From Candidatus Lustribacter sp. (lineage in GTDB: Bacteria; Vulcanimicrobiota; Vulcanimicrobiia; Vulcanimicrobiales; Vulcanimicrobiaceae), in NCBI GenBank assembly GCA_965277805.1, contig OZ255842.1, forward strand, positions 4,384,001 to 4,448,000: a stretch of DNA of 64,000 nucleotides, given 5' to 3'. The notes beneath the pieces are model-generated. The model had not been told where the DNA came from. It saw nothing but the letters and a program-made list of their open reading frames with translations, and did no database searches. This document shows, in pieces, positions 39,950 to 49,172 of the stretch (position 1 is its first letter; each line of letters starts with the position of its first letter). Both the position numbers and the translations under genes were made by a program.

Positions 39950-40791
39950 TCGACGTCGCCGCGCTGCGGCCACGGCTCTTCGGCATCGCCTACCGGATCC
40001 TCGGATCGATCGGCGATGCGGAAGACGTCGTGCAGGATGCCTATATCCGCTGGACCGAGCGCAGCGGCGAGAACGTACGCGACGCTGCCGGGTGGCTCGC
40101 GACGGTGACCGCGCGCATCGCAATCGATCGCGGGCGCACGCTCGCGCGCCGGCGCGAAACCTACGTCGGCGAGTGGTTACCCGAACCGCTGATCGAACGC
40201 GACCCCGCCGCTGAGGTCGACATCGCCGACGACCTGACGATCGGCTTTCTGCGCGTGCTCGAGCGGTTGCGACCCGACGAACGTACGGCGTTGCTCTTGC
40301 ATGATGCCTTCGACTACTCGCATGCCGAAGTCGCCGCGATGCTCGACAAGACCGAAGACGCCGTCCGCCAGATGACTTCGCGCGCGCGGCATCGCGTGCA
40401 CGAGGAGCGGCCGCGTTTCGCAATCGACCGCCGCGCGGCCGCACATGCAGCGCAACGGTTCATCGCCGCGCTGCGCGACGCCGATGTCGATGAACTGCGC
40501 GCCGTGCTCGCCGAAGACGTGATCCACGTCGCCGACGGTGGCGGCCGCGTCAACGCGGGCCGGGCGCCGGTCGTCGGCATCGACAACGTATCGCGTTTGC
40601 TAATGGGCTTGCGCAGCAAGTTCTGGGGCGATCTTGAGATCCGCTCGGCGCGCGTGAACGGGCAACCGGGGCTACTGTTACTTCAACCGGACGGCACGCT
40701 GTTCGCAGCGGCCGGCCTCGATTTTCAGGCCGACCGCATCAACGGCATCTACACGGTCCTCAATCCCGACAAGCTACGCGCACCGCGCTAA
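39946..40791 (+). CDS. sigJ: ECF41 (SigJ-like) RNA polymerase sigma factor with SnoaL-like extension
   Basis: AYRILGS..DAEDVVQD, YVGEWLPEP, DGGG, NPDKL signatures. Confidence 0.93.
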   Translation: MIDVAALRPRLFGIAYRILGSIGDAEDVVQDAYIRWTERSGENVRDAAGWLATVTARIAIDRGRTLARRRETYVGEWLPEPLIERDPAAEVDIADDLTIGFLRVLERLRPDERTALLLHDAFDYSHAEVAAMLDKTEDAVRQMTSRARHRVHEERPRFAIDRRAAAHAAQRFIAALRDADVDELRAVLAEDVIHVADGGGRVNAGRAPVVGIDNVSRLLMGLRSKFWGDLEIRSARVNGQPGLLLLQPDGTLFAAAGLDFQADRINGIYTVLNPDKLRAPR

Positions 40792-40960
40792 GCGGATGCG
40801 CACCATACCGGCAACGCTGCGCTGATGGTTTTTCCGTTCAGGTACGTTGCGCTTCGTACGGTGACGGAAAGCGCTTCCACGATTGCGAGACCGCGGCCAC
40901 CGTCGGCATAGGGATCAGGAAAGGCGGCTTCCAGGGCGGCGGTAGTTCGTCCGGCACAAG
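40788..40960 (-). pseudogene. C-terminal remnant of an RsbW-like HATPase_c protein
   Basis: Minus frame reads ..FPDPYADGGRGLAIVEALS..NGKTISAALPV..stop; no start codon or N-box between the upstream in-frame stop at 41021 and this motif. Confidence 0.55.
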
Positions 40961-41041
40961 CCTCCGATGCTACCTCGACCGCCGATACCCTTGCACCACG
41001 GGGCGAAGGAGCAAATTCTCAGATACGGTACCTTCGATTGC

Positions 41042-41989
41042 ATGAGAATGACTCAAGTGGCCGCGGCCCTCGCCGTGCTGTTCCTCGCGTCGCTCGGGGG
41101 CGCATCGGCGCAGACCGATGTCACAACGATTCGCTTCATCTCATCGCCCTCGGACGATCTGCGGCCGGTCCTCTACGCGCAGAGCGCGGGTCTTTTCAAA
41201 AAGGCCGGCCTCGATGTCGAGATTACCCGCGCGGCGAGCGGCGCCGTCGTGGCGCAGTCGGTCATCGCCGGCGCTATGGACGTCGGCAAGTCGAGCCTGG
41301 TGTCACTCATCTCCGCCTACGCGCGCGGCATTCCGTTCGCGATGATCGCGCCGTCGGCAATCCATCAAAAGGACGACGCAAACGACGGCGTGATGATCTT
41401 GGCCAATTCGCCGCTGAAATCGGCCCTGGATCTGCAAGGCAAAGTCGTCGGCTGCACCGCGATCGGCGACATCGGATACCTCGGATTGCGCGCCATGATC
41501 GACGACCAAGGCGGTGATTCGTCGACGGTGCGCTTCATCGAGCTTCCCACGACGAACCTCGGGGCCACGCTCGAACAAGGGCGCGTCGACGCGGGCGTAA
41601 CGAACGAGCCGTACATGTCGAAGGATCTGGGAACGGGCAAATTCCGGATGCTGACCGACATGCTCAACGGCTACGGACCGAAACCGATTCTCGAGTCCGC
41701 ATTCTTCGCCACGCGCGACTACGTCGCCAAGAACCGCGATGCGATGGCGCGTTTCGCAAAAGTGATGGCGCAAGCGTCGGCCTACGCGAACACGCACATT
41801 CCCGAAACGCTGCCGCTGATGGTCGCGTTCTCCGGTATGGACGCGCACGCGGCCGCCATCATGCACAAAACGTTTACCGCGCTCTCCTTCGACCCGTCAC
41901 AAATTCAGCCCGTAATCGACGTCGCGGCAAAATACAAGATCATTCCCAAAACGTTCTCCGCGCGAGACATGCTCTCGACCGGATCGTAA
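41042..41989 (+). CDS. SsuA/NMT1-type ABC solute-binding protein
   Basis: Sec signal (ASA|QT); SGAVVAQSVIAGAMDVGKS, DLQGK, GRVDA; TACCTT 7 nt upstream of ATG. Confidence 0.9.
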   Translation: MRMTQVAAALAVLFLASLGGASAQTDVTTIRFISSPSDDLRPVLYAQSAGLFKKAGLDVEITRAASGAVVAQSVIAGAMDVGKSSLVSLISAYARGIPFAMIAPSAIHQKDDANDGVMILANSPLKSALDLQGKVVGCTAIGDIGYLGLRAMIDDQGGDSSTVRFIELPTTNLGATLEQGRVDAGVTNEPYMSKDLGTGKFRMLTDMLNGYGPKPILESAFFATRDYVAKNRDAMARFAKVMAQASAYANTHIPETLPLMVAFSGMDAHAAAIMHKTFTALSFDPSQIQPVIDVAAKYKIIPKTFSARDMLSTGS

Positions 41990-42002
41990 CGGCGGCGACT
42001 CC

Positions 42003-42596
42003 CTAGAGGCGATCGGGCAGATGTGTGTACATCGCGATCGCGTCGTCGTTGGACATCAGCGTGTCGACGATGTACGGATGCGGCTCGGCGTAGAGCGTCG
42101 GGTAGTCGACTTCATCGAATTCCGGCCGAACCGGAAACGCCAGCTGCTCGCGGTCTAGCGAGAATTGAGCATCGACGCCGGGCTTGTTTCCGCGGGCGTC
42201 GATGCGGTGCCATGCGCCTTCGAGATAGACGGCATTCAGGGCATGCAACGCGTGGCCGCCGTGATCGTCGTCGAACAACGTCAGCCGTTGATAGCAGAGC
42301 GCCGCCGGTATGCCGCGGTTTCGCAGCAACGCCGCGACGAGGTGGCTTTTGGGATAGCAAATGCCTTCCTTGAACGTGAGCGCATCGGTCGCGCTACGGG
42401 TGACCCGGTGACCTTGGATATCCCATGAGTGGGAGACCTCGTCCCGGACATAGAGAAACACGCGCCGCGCGGCCTCGATGTCATCGCACCCCGTGAGGCG
42501 GTCTTGAACGAATGCCGCAATTTCGGGCGCATCGGAGTCTACCAGAGTAGCGGGCGCCAGATACGCCGCGGAGCCGGCCTTGGGCATAATGTCCAC
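42003..42596 (-). CDS. Transglutaminase-like domain protein
   Basis: GICYPKSHL..ALLR..GIP, HALNAVY, WHRIDARGNK (Cys-His-Asp triad). Confidence 0.9.
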   Translation of the reverse strand: MDIMPKAGSAAYLAPATLVDSDAPEIAAFVQDRLTGCDDIEAARRVFLYVRDEVSHSWDIQGHRVTRSATDALTFKEGICYPKSHLVAALLRNRGIPAALCYQRLTLFDDDHGGHALHALNAVYLEGAWHRIDARGNKPGVDAQFSLDREQLAFPVRPEFDEVDYPTLYAEPHPYIVDTLMSNDDAIAMYTHLPDRL

Positions 42597-42664
42597 GTCG
42601 GTAGAGTCCTCGCGTTAGTCCGGTCGCCGGTGCGGGTACGGGTTAATCCCTGGAGGCGGATCGG

Positions 42665-42874
42665 ATGAAAACATTGTCGTGCAAAGATCTGGGCGGAACG
42701 TGTGACGCGAAGCTCTCGGCTGCGTCTTGGGACGAGATGGTACAGACGATGACCAAACACGTGATGGAAAAACACCCGGACGTTGCCAAACAAATGGAAA
42801 AAATGCACAACGACGATCCCACGAAGTGGAGCCGTGAAACGAAGCCCAAATGGGACTCGGCTCCTCAACAGTAA
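42665..42874 (+). CDS. DUF1059-family small metal-binding protein
   Basis: MKTLSCKDLGGTCD..A...E.....KH....H; GGAGG SD. Confidence 0.85.
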   Translation: MKTLSCKDLGGTCDAKLSAASWDEMVQTMTKHVMEKHPDVAKQMEKMHNDDPTKWSRETKPKWDSAPQQ

Positions 42875-42883
42875 CCGTACGAC

Positions 42884-43729
42884 TTACTTCGTGCGACCTG
42901 CGATCGCGGCTTCGCCTTCCCAGGCGATCGGCGCGCCGCTTTTTTCTGCGGCGTCGGCCGGACTGATCGACGCATCCCAAAATTTCGCGATGAAGCGCCG
43001 TCCGTTAACGCCGTCCGAATCCGGTGAAGCGAGCCAGGCCACAACCGGAGCCATGATCTCGGGCTGAAGGATCTTCGGGCCGCGGAATGCCTCGGGCAGA
43101 AACGGCGTGTTGGTCATTCCACCCGGCACGACGACGTTGACGGTTACGCCGCTTCCATCGAGTTCTTTGGCCCATACGGCGCTGCCGGCTTCGAGCGCAG
43201 CTTTCGAAGCACCGTACGCGCTCATGCCGCGCGCGAGCATCGTATCGAAGCTCGTGGTGACATTGATAATCCGTCCCCAACCGCTCGCTATCATGTATTC
43301 GACGGCGAAGCGCGTCATGTAGTACGGGCCGGCGCTGTTGATTGCCTGAATTCGAGCCCAGCCGGCAGGATCGGTTTCCCAAAACTTCACCGGGTGTTCT
43401 TTGCCGGGCGGAACCGCCGGGTCCATCGATACACCGGCGCAGTTGACGAGGATCGCGAGGCTCCCAAAAGCGGCGATCGTACCTTCGATCGCGCGCCGGC
43501 AGTCGTCGGCATTGGAAATGTCGGTCGGTAGTGCAAGAAACGTTGCGTCGTTTGCGCCGATTTCGCGTTTCAGGCGATCCAGACGCGCCGTGTCGACGTC
43601 AACGGCCGCGAGCCTGACCCCGCGTCGCGCGAGCTCGAGGGCGATGACGCGCCCCATGCCGCTGCCGGCCCCCGTTACCACGGCGGCGCGGCCCGTCAAT
43701 CCATTAGCCGGCGTAGAATCGTTGCGCAT
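42884..43729 (-). CDS. Short-chain dehydrogenase/reductase
   Basis: TGAGSGMG, NCAG, YGASK, VNVVVPGG. Confidence 0.93.
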   Translation of the reverse strand: MRNDSTPANGLTGRAAVVTGAGSGMGRVIALELARRGVRLAAVDVDTARLDRLKREIGANDATFLALPTDISNADDCRRAIEGTIAAFGSLAILVNCAGVSMDPAVPPGKEHPVKFWETDPAGWARIQAINSAGPYYMTRFAVEYMIASGWGRIINVTTSFDTMLARGMSAYGASKAALEAGSAVWAKELDGSGVTVNVVVPGGMTNTPFLPEAFRGPKILQPEIMAPVVAWLASPDSDGVNGRRFIAKFWDASISPADAAEKSGAPIAWEGEAAIAGRTK

Positions 43730-43813
43730 GCGATTGCCCTCCTACAGGTCGGTATCTGGCCTCGTTGGAAGTGGATTCCTTTAACCGGCTCTCAGCGTGA
43801 AACGAGGTGCCCT

Positions 43814-44746
43814 ATGAGCGCTTTCTCTCGTCGTTCGTTTGTTGCAGGTCTCGGCGGCGCGGCGCTTCTAGCGAGTACGTCGCAGCAGGCAGGCGCTGCT
43901 ATGGCGATCCACGCCGGCGTCACCAGCGATGACGGCTACGAAGCGTGGTTCGCGCAAGATATCGGACTGTTCGGGAAAGCGGGCCTCGACGTCAACGCGC
44001 AGCTCTTTCCGAACGGCTCTGCAGCCGCTGCGGCGCTGATCGGCCGTTCGCTCGATTTTGCGTGCGGCAATGTCGTGACGGTGGCACAAGCGCGCGACCA
44101 CGGAGTTCCGGTAGCGCTCGTCGCACCATCAATCGTGTCCGTCGCAACCGCTGCAAACACCGGATTGACGGTCGCGCTGGACAGCCCGATCCGCACCGCC
44201 AAAGATCTTGAAGGCAAGACCGTGGGCGTGCTGAGCATCCAAGGCATTCTCGCGATGAGCATTCAGCTCTGGCTCGATAAAAGTGGAGCCGATTCGAAGC
44301 GCGTCCAACTCGTTGAGATAACACCGCCTCAGATGCTCGCGGCGTTACAGCGCGGCACCGTTGCGGCAACGTTGATGGTCGATCCGTTTCTGACCGTTTG
44401 GGCGAATCAATGTCGTCTGTTGTCCAACCCGGTGGAAGCGATCGGTCCAAAAATCATCTCGACGGGCTGGTTTGCGACGACCGACTGGATTTCACAAAAC
44501 CAAGCCGCCGCCAAAGCCTACGCCGACGTCATGGCCGCGACCGCGCGCTGGGCGAACGACGTGAGCAATCGCACGCAAGCGACGGCGATCGTCACGAAGT
44601 ATCTCGGCCGCTCCGTCGATCTCGGCAAAACGTTCTACGCCCCGACGTTCGACTACGCGCCGTGGCAACCGGTGCTCGACGCCGCGTATAAGTACAAGTA
44701 CGTCAGCAAACCAATGACCGTGGCCGAACTCGTCTGGAAGCACTAA
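43814..44746 (+). CDS. SsuA/NMT1-type ABC solute-binding protein (Tat signal)
   Basis: FSRRSFV leader; NGSAAAAAL, DLEGKTVGV; GAGG SD. Confidence 0.9.
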   Translation: MSAFSRRSFVAGLGGAALLASTSQQAGAAMAIHAGVTSDDGYEAWFAQDIGLFGKAGLDVNAQLFPNGSAAAAALIGRSLDFACGNVVTVAQARDHGVPVALVAPSIVSVATAANTGLTVALDSPIRTAKDLEGKTVGVLSIQGILAMSIQLWLDKSGADSKRVQLVEITPPQMLAALQRGTVAATLMVDPFLTVWANQCRLLSNPVEAIGPKIISTGWFATTDWISQNQAAAKAYADVMAATARWANDVSNRTQATAIVTKYLGRSVDLGKTFYAPTFDYAPWQPVLDAAYKYKYVSKPMTVAELVWKH

Positions 44747-44778
44747 CCGGTACCATCGGGTTCGCTCGATGCTGCGGT

Positions 44779-45279
44779 TTACGGGCTCGTCATTTCCCGC
44801 AAGTTCGCGAGCAGCGTGTCCGTTGCGCGAAAGAAAGCGCGCTCGTTTTCGCGGCCCACGCCCGCGAACACGCGCTCCTGTAGTTCGGCCATCTCTGCGT
44901 TCATTGCAGCGTACGTTCGCCGTCCCTTGGCGGTGACGAGCACCTCGACGCTGCGGCCGTCGTCAACACGGTCCCGATGGTCAGTCAAGCCGAGCTCACG
45001 CAGCTGGCGCACCGCGCGCGAAATCGCTGCCTTGTCGAGCGTGACGTGCTTGCCGATCTCGACCGGCGCCATCGGGCCGAAAGCCGCCAACACGCTCAGC
45101 ACTTTCCACTGACCGTTCGTTAAGCCGCGCGAGGTGTAGATCTCGTACGTTGCCTTGCCCATGAAGAACGAAAGCACGGACAGCTTATATGACAGATTGC
45201 GTTCGAGGGAAATTTCCGGTGCTTGGACGGCCACGGCGTAATCTTGGGACAAGGATCGGCCGCGTCCTACCTGCGCCAT
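44779..45279 (-). CDS. MarR-family transcriptional regulator
   Basis: LT..QWKVL..L, LDKAAISRAVRQL...GL, DGRSVEV.VT.KG. Confidence 0.92.
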   Translation of the reverse strand: MAQVGRGRSLSQDYAVAVQAPEISLERNLSYKLSVLSFFMGKATYEIYTSRGLTNGQWKVLSVLAAFGPMAPVEIGKHVTLDKAAISRAVRQLRELGLTDHRDRVDDGRSVEVLVTAKGRRTYAAMNAEMAELQERVFAGVGRENERAFFRATDTLLANLREMTSP

Positions 45280-45280
45280 A

Positions 45281-46249
45281 CTATGGGTTGGTAATCACAT
45301 CGTGCGCCTGGACCGGTTGCGCCAGCAAGCCGTACTTGAATGCAAGATCGAGTTCCGGCTGCACGAGTGCCGGCGAGATTTCGGTGCCATAGATGACGCG
45401 TTTCGATCCCTTGATCTGATCGACCGAGCGCGCGATATGCGCCGCCAGAATCCCCGCTGAGTCGTCGTGATGGGCGTTGGCCCACAGCGCCGTCTGTTTC
45501 ATAACCTCAACGAACGCTTTGGCTTGCTGCCGGTGTGCCGCGACCCACGTCGTCGTCGAGTACCATACCGCACCCTCCAACCGCGGGGCGACGGTGAAGA
45601 ACACAGCCGACAGTACGTGCAGCGGATCGCCCGGCTTTCCGAGCGTCGGATCGGCGGTGTTGTCGAGCACTGCGGCATCGACGCGGCCGGCCTGTAGTGC
45701 CGCCGGCATTTCGCTGTACGGCAACTCGACGAAGTGCACGGTCTTCGCGTCGCCGCCGTTCTTGTCGATCCAGTTGCGTGTTGCGAGCTCGGTGAAGTTT
45801 CGCAGCGAGAGGAGCGCGATGGTCTTTCCGTTGATGTCCCTTGCGGTCTTCAGGCCCGACGCGTTGGTGACCGCCAAGATGCCGGTGCCGGGATCGCTCT
45901 GGTCCTCGATGGTGGCCGTAGCGATGATCGTTATCGGAATGCCGCGGCTATGCGCTACCGTCGCGTCGATCGCGTTGCCCCAGCCGATGTCGAGATCTCC
46001 GGAAGCAACCGCCGCCATGATCGTCGGTCCGCCCGAGATCGGCGAGATCGTCGCTTGCAGGCCGGCATTGCGGAAATACCCCAAGTCCGAGGCGTAAAAG
46101 ACTTGGGCTCCTAGGTCGCTGGAAGCCGTGCCGATGCGAATCGGACTCAGCGAGGATTGCGCGTTTGCGGCACTGCCCGATGTTAGTGGTACGATGAGAA
46201 CGAGCACGGCGCATAGGCGCCGGAGACCTTGGCCGATCGTGATATCCAT
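45281..46249 (-). CDS. SsuA/NMT1-type ABC solute-binding protein
   Basis: Signal peptide (ANA|QS); GGPTIMAAVASGDLDIG, DINGKTIA, GRVDAA; TATCCT 7 nt before ATG 46249. Confidence 0.9.
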   Translation of the reverse strand: MDITIGQGLRRLCAVLVLIVPLTSGSAANAQSSLSPIRIGTASSDLGAQVFYASDLGYFRNAGLQATISPISGGPTIMAAVASGDLDIGWGNAIDATVAHSRGIPITIIATATIEDQSDPGTGILAVTNASGLKTARDINGKTIALLSLRNFTELATRNWIDKNGGDAKTVHFVELPYSEMPAALQAGRVDAAVLDNTADPTLGKPGDPLHVLSAVFFTVAPRLEGAVWYSTTTWVAAHRQQAKAFVEVMKQTALWANAHHDDSAGILAAHIARSVDQIKGSKRVIYGTEISPALVQPELDLAFKYGLLAQPVQAHDVITNP

Positions 46250-46269
46250 GCTCCATAGGATAAGCTGAA

Positions 46270-46288
46270 TAGTTGTCAAAAGCAACTA
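46270..46288. promoter_or_regulatory. Inverted repeat TAGTTG-N7-CAACTA, candidate MarR operator
   Basis: Perfect 6-bp arms in the 69-bp divergent region; overlaps the -35 of a minus-strand TTGCTT-N17-TATCCT promoter. Confidence 0.65.
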
Positions 46289-46318
46289 CACCAGGACACA
46301 CCACCGCGAGGGTTTCCG

Positions 46319-47815
46319 TTGACGAACGTACTGCATGAAACGGCGTCCGCGTCCGGCCAGGACGGTCTTGCCTACGACGGGCTGCGTTCGTTTCTCCGGA
46401 AGTGCGAAGCCGCGGGCGAGATCACGACAATCCGCAACGCGAACTGGGATCTCGAAATCGGCGCGCTCACGGAAAGCGTTTCGGAGCTGATTCCGGAGCC
46501 GCCGGGATTACTTTTCGACGATATTCCGGGCTATCCGAGCGGCTATCGCGTGTTGAGCCTGCCGACGGGCTCGCGCGTGCGCATGGCGCTCTCACTCGGC
46601 TTTCCGCCCGAAACTCCCAAGATGGAGATGGTGCGCTTCGCCGCTAATCGCATGAAGACGAGCGCGCCGATTCCGCCGCGCGTCGTCGAGAGCGGTCCGG
46701 TGATGGAAAACGTTTTCACCGGCTCTCAAATCGACATTTTGAAGTTCCCGGTACTGCACGCGCATGCGCTCGACGGGGGCCGCTATATCGGAACCGGCGA
46801 CGCGGTGATCAACCGAGATCCGGAAAGCGGCTTCGTCAATATGGGCACGTACCGGATTCAAGTGCACGGGCCCGACCTGCTCGGCCTGTGGATGAGCCCC
46901 GGACAGCAAGGCCGCTTGATCGCCGAACGCTATTGGAAAGCCGGCAAAGCGTGCCCGGTAGTCGTGACGTTCGGCGGCGATCCACTCGTCTTCACCTTCG
47001 CCTACACGAAGTTTGCGTTCGGCGTCTCGGAACTCGATCGCGTGGGCGGCATGCTCGGGCACCCGCTCGACGTCATCACCGGACCGGTCACCGGGTTGCC
47101 GATTCCGGCACACGCCGAGATCGCGATCGAAGGCGAAATTCCCCCGCCGAGCGAGCAAACCCATACCGAAGGACCGTTCGGCGAATGGCCGGGCTACTAT
47201 GCGGTCGACGAAGATAGCACCGGAAACGAACAACCGGTAATCCGTATCAAAGCGCTCTACCACCGCAACGATCCGATTCTGCTCAATATGGCGCCGCAAT
47301 GGCCGGGCGCCCCGCACCATTCCGTGCGCTTCGACGGCGGGGTGTTGTGGGAACAACTTGAGGCCGCCGGCGTTCCGGGCATCAAGGGCGTGTTCGTCCA
47401 CAACTCGTTCTTCGTCGTCGTCGCGATCGAACAGCGCTACGCCGGTCACGCGATGCAGGTCGCAATGGCCACGCTGGGCTGCAACGCGAACGCACGCAAC
47501 GGCCGCTTCGTTGTGATTGTCGATGACGACATCGACCCCTCGAACATGTCCGAGGTCATCTGGGCGATGACGACGCGAGTCGATCCCGCCGGCGACATCC
47601 ACGTCGTGCCGAATGCGTGGGCGACGCCGCTCGATCCGCGCATGCCACCCCAACAGCAGGCGAACGGTCCGCATACGAATTCGCGCGCGATCTTCTACGC
47701 GGTGCGTCCGTGGCAGTGGCGTGACAAGTTTCCGCCGGTCAACCGCATCCCCCGTTCGACACGCGACGAGATGGTAGCGAAATACCGCGATCGCCTGCCC
47801 TTCCCGAAAATGTAG
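46319..47815 (+). CDS. UbiD-family (prFMN-dependent) decarboxylase
   Basis: WDLEIGA, DGGRYIGT, NMGTYR, EGPFGEWPGYY, VIVDDDIDP, WAMTTRVDP. Confidence 0.95.
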   Translation: MTNVLHETASASGQDGLAYDGLRSFLRKCEAAGEITTIRNANWDLEIGALTESVSELIPEPPGLLFDDIPGYPSGYRVLSLPTGSRVRMALSLGFPPETPKMEMVRFAANRMKTSAPIPPRVVESGPVMENVFTGSQIDILKFPVLHAHALDGGRYIGTGDAVINRDPESGFVNMGTYRIQVHGPDLLGLWMSPGQQGRLIAERYWKAGKACPVVVTFGGDPLVFTFAYTKFAFGVSELDRVGGMLGHPLDVITGPVTGLPIPAHAEIAIEGEIPPPSEQTHTEGPFGEWPGYYAVDEDSTGNEQPVIRIKALYHRNDPILLNMAPQWPGAPHHSVRFDGGVLWEQLEAAGVPGIKGVFVHNSFFVVVAIEQRYAGHAMQVAMATLGCNANARNGRFVVIVDDDIDPSNMSEVIWAMTTRVDPAGDIHVVPNAWATPLDPRMPPQQQANGPHTNSRAIFYAVRPWQWRDKFPPVNRIPRSTRDEMVAKYRDRLPFPKM

Positions 47816-47827
47816 CATCGGTCGCCG

Positions 47828-48676
47828 ATGAAACGCACCGACGGCGGGCTGATTTCTACGACGTTCCGCACCATCGGAGACGTCGCCGTCATTCGGCCGC
47901 GGTCGCTTGACGACGCGGTTACCGCGCTGATGCGCCACCAGGTGCCGCCGGCAATCTTGGCCGGAGGCACCGACATGGTCGCGCGCTTTAACGAGGGTTT
48001 CAATCCGCGTCACGTGCTGGCGCTCGCGGACGTCGGCGAGCTGAACGCGGTCGAGGACGACGGCGACGTCTTGCGCATCGGTGCCCTGGTCACGCATGCG
48101 CAGGGATCGGAGAGCGAGATCGTTTGCCGGGCCGTGCCGGGCTTCGCGCAAGCTTGGGCGCGCATTGCGAACGTGCGCGTGCGCTTCACTGCAACGATCG
48201 GCGGGAACGTGATGGCGCGGCGCACGCGCTACGAAATGCCGGTGTTACTGGCGGCGCTCGGCGCGCAGATCCGCGTGCGTGACGGCAGCGAGTCGCGGGC
48301 GTGGGACGTGCAGCCATATCTGCAGCGTGAGAGCGCACCGCGCGAGCTGCTGACGCACGTCGAGATCCCGCTGCCCGGCTTGTGCGCATTCGACTACGAG
48401 CGCAGCATGCGGCCGATCATGACGCAAGCGCTGGCCGTGCGGCGCAGCGGTCAGCGGCTGCAACTGCGCGTCGCTCTGGGCACGGAAGCGATGGCGCCGT
48501 ACGTGCTCGAGGCAGCGTGTGATCTCACGGACGATATGAACGCTATAGCGGCGCGTTTGTTTGAGGGGTTGCCTTCGAGCGCCTGCGATCACCTGACGTC
48601 GAACGCCTACCTGCGAGACGTCGGGCGAACCCTGCTCGGCCGCCAATTGACGAGGATCGTACGTGGCGGTCTCTGA
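47828..48676 (+). CDS. Mo-hydroxylase FAD-binding (medium, CoxM-like) subunit
   Basis: RPRSLDDA, LAGGTD, LRIGALVT, IANVRVR..ATIGGN. Confidence 0.9.
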   Translation: MKRTDGGLISTTFRTIGDVAVIRPRSLDDAVTALMRHQVPPAILAGGTDMVARFNEGFNPRHVLALADVGELNAVEDDGDVLRIGALVTHAQGSESEIVCRAVPGFAQAWARIANVRVRFTATIGGNVMARRTRYEMPVLLAALGAQIRVRDGSESRAWDVQPYLQRESAPRELLTHVEIPLPGLCAFDYERSMRPIMTQALAVRRSGQRLQLRVALGTEAMAPYVLEAACDLTDDMNAIAARLFEGLPSSACDHLTSNAYLRDVGRTLLGRQLTRIVRGGL

Positions 48677-48707
48677 TCTGATCGGCCGCGATCTCGAGGG
48701 CGACGAA

Positions 48708-49172
48708 ATGCCCGCGCTGCGCTTTGTGCTCAACGGAATCGAACGCACGGAAACGGTGCCGGCGCGGATGTCGCTCTGGGAGCTGTTGCACGACCAACTG
48801 GGCTTATCCGGAACGAAACTGGCGTGCTCACGCGGCGTCTGCGGCAGTTGTTCCGTGCTGATCGACGGCGTACCGCAAGCGAGCTGTTCGACGTTCGCGT
48901 TCAGCATCGATGGCCGCCGGGTGGATACGATCGAGGGAATCGCTGCGGCCGCGCACCCGTTGTGCGAGGCGTTCGCTGCGCGCAGCGCATTCCAATGCGG
49001 CTACTGCACCTCGGGCATGATCGTCATGGCGAAAGCGCTGCTCGATCACGATCCGCATCCGCCGCGCCAGACCGTGGTCGAATGGCTCAGCTCAAACGTC
49101 TGCCGCTGCACCGGCTACGCGATGATCATCGAAGCGGTGCTGGCGGCCGCGGAGCCGCGCGCCGATGCCTAG
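48708..49172 (+). CDS. Mo-hydroxylase 2Fe-2S (small, CoxS-like) subunit
   Basis: GTKLACSRGVCGSCSV..C, QCGYCTSG, CRCTGY; GAGGG before ATG 48708. Confidence 0.95.
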   Translation: MPALRFVLNGIERTETVPARMSLWELLHDQLGLSGTKLACSRGVCGSCSVLIDGVPQASCSTFAFSIDGRRVDTIEGIAAAAHPLCEAFAARSAFQCGYCTSGMIVMAKALLDHDPHPPRQTVVEWLSSNVCRCTGYAMIIEAVLAAAEPRADA

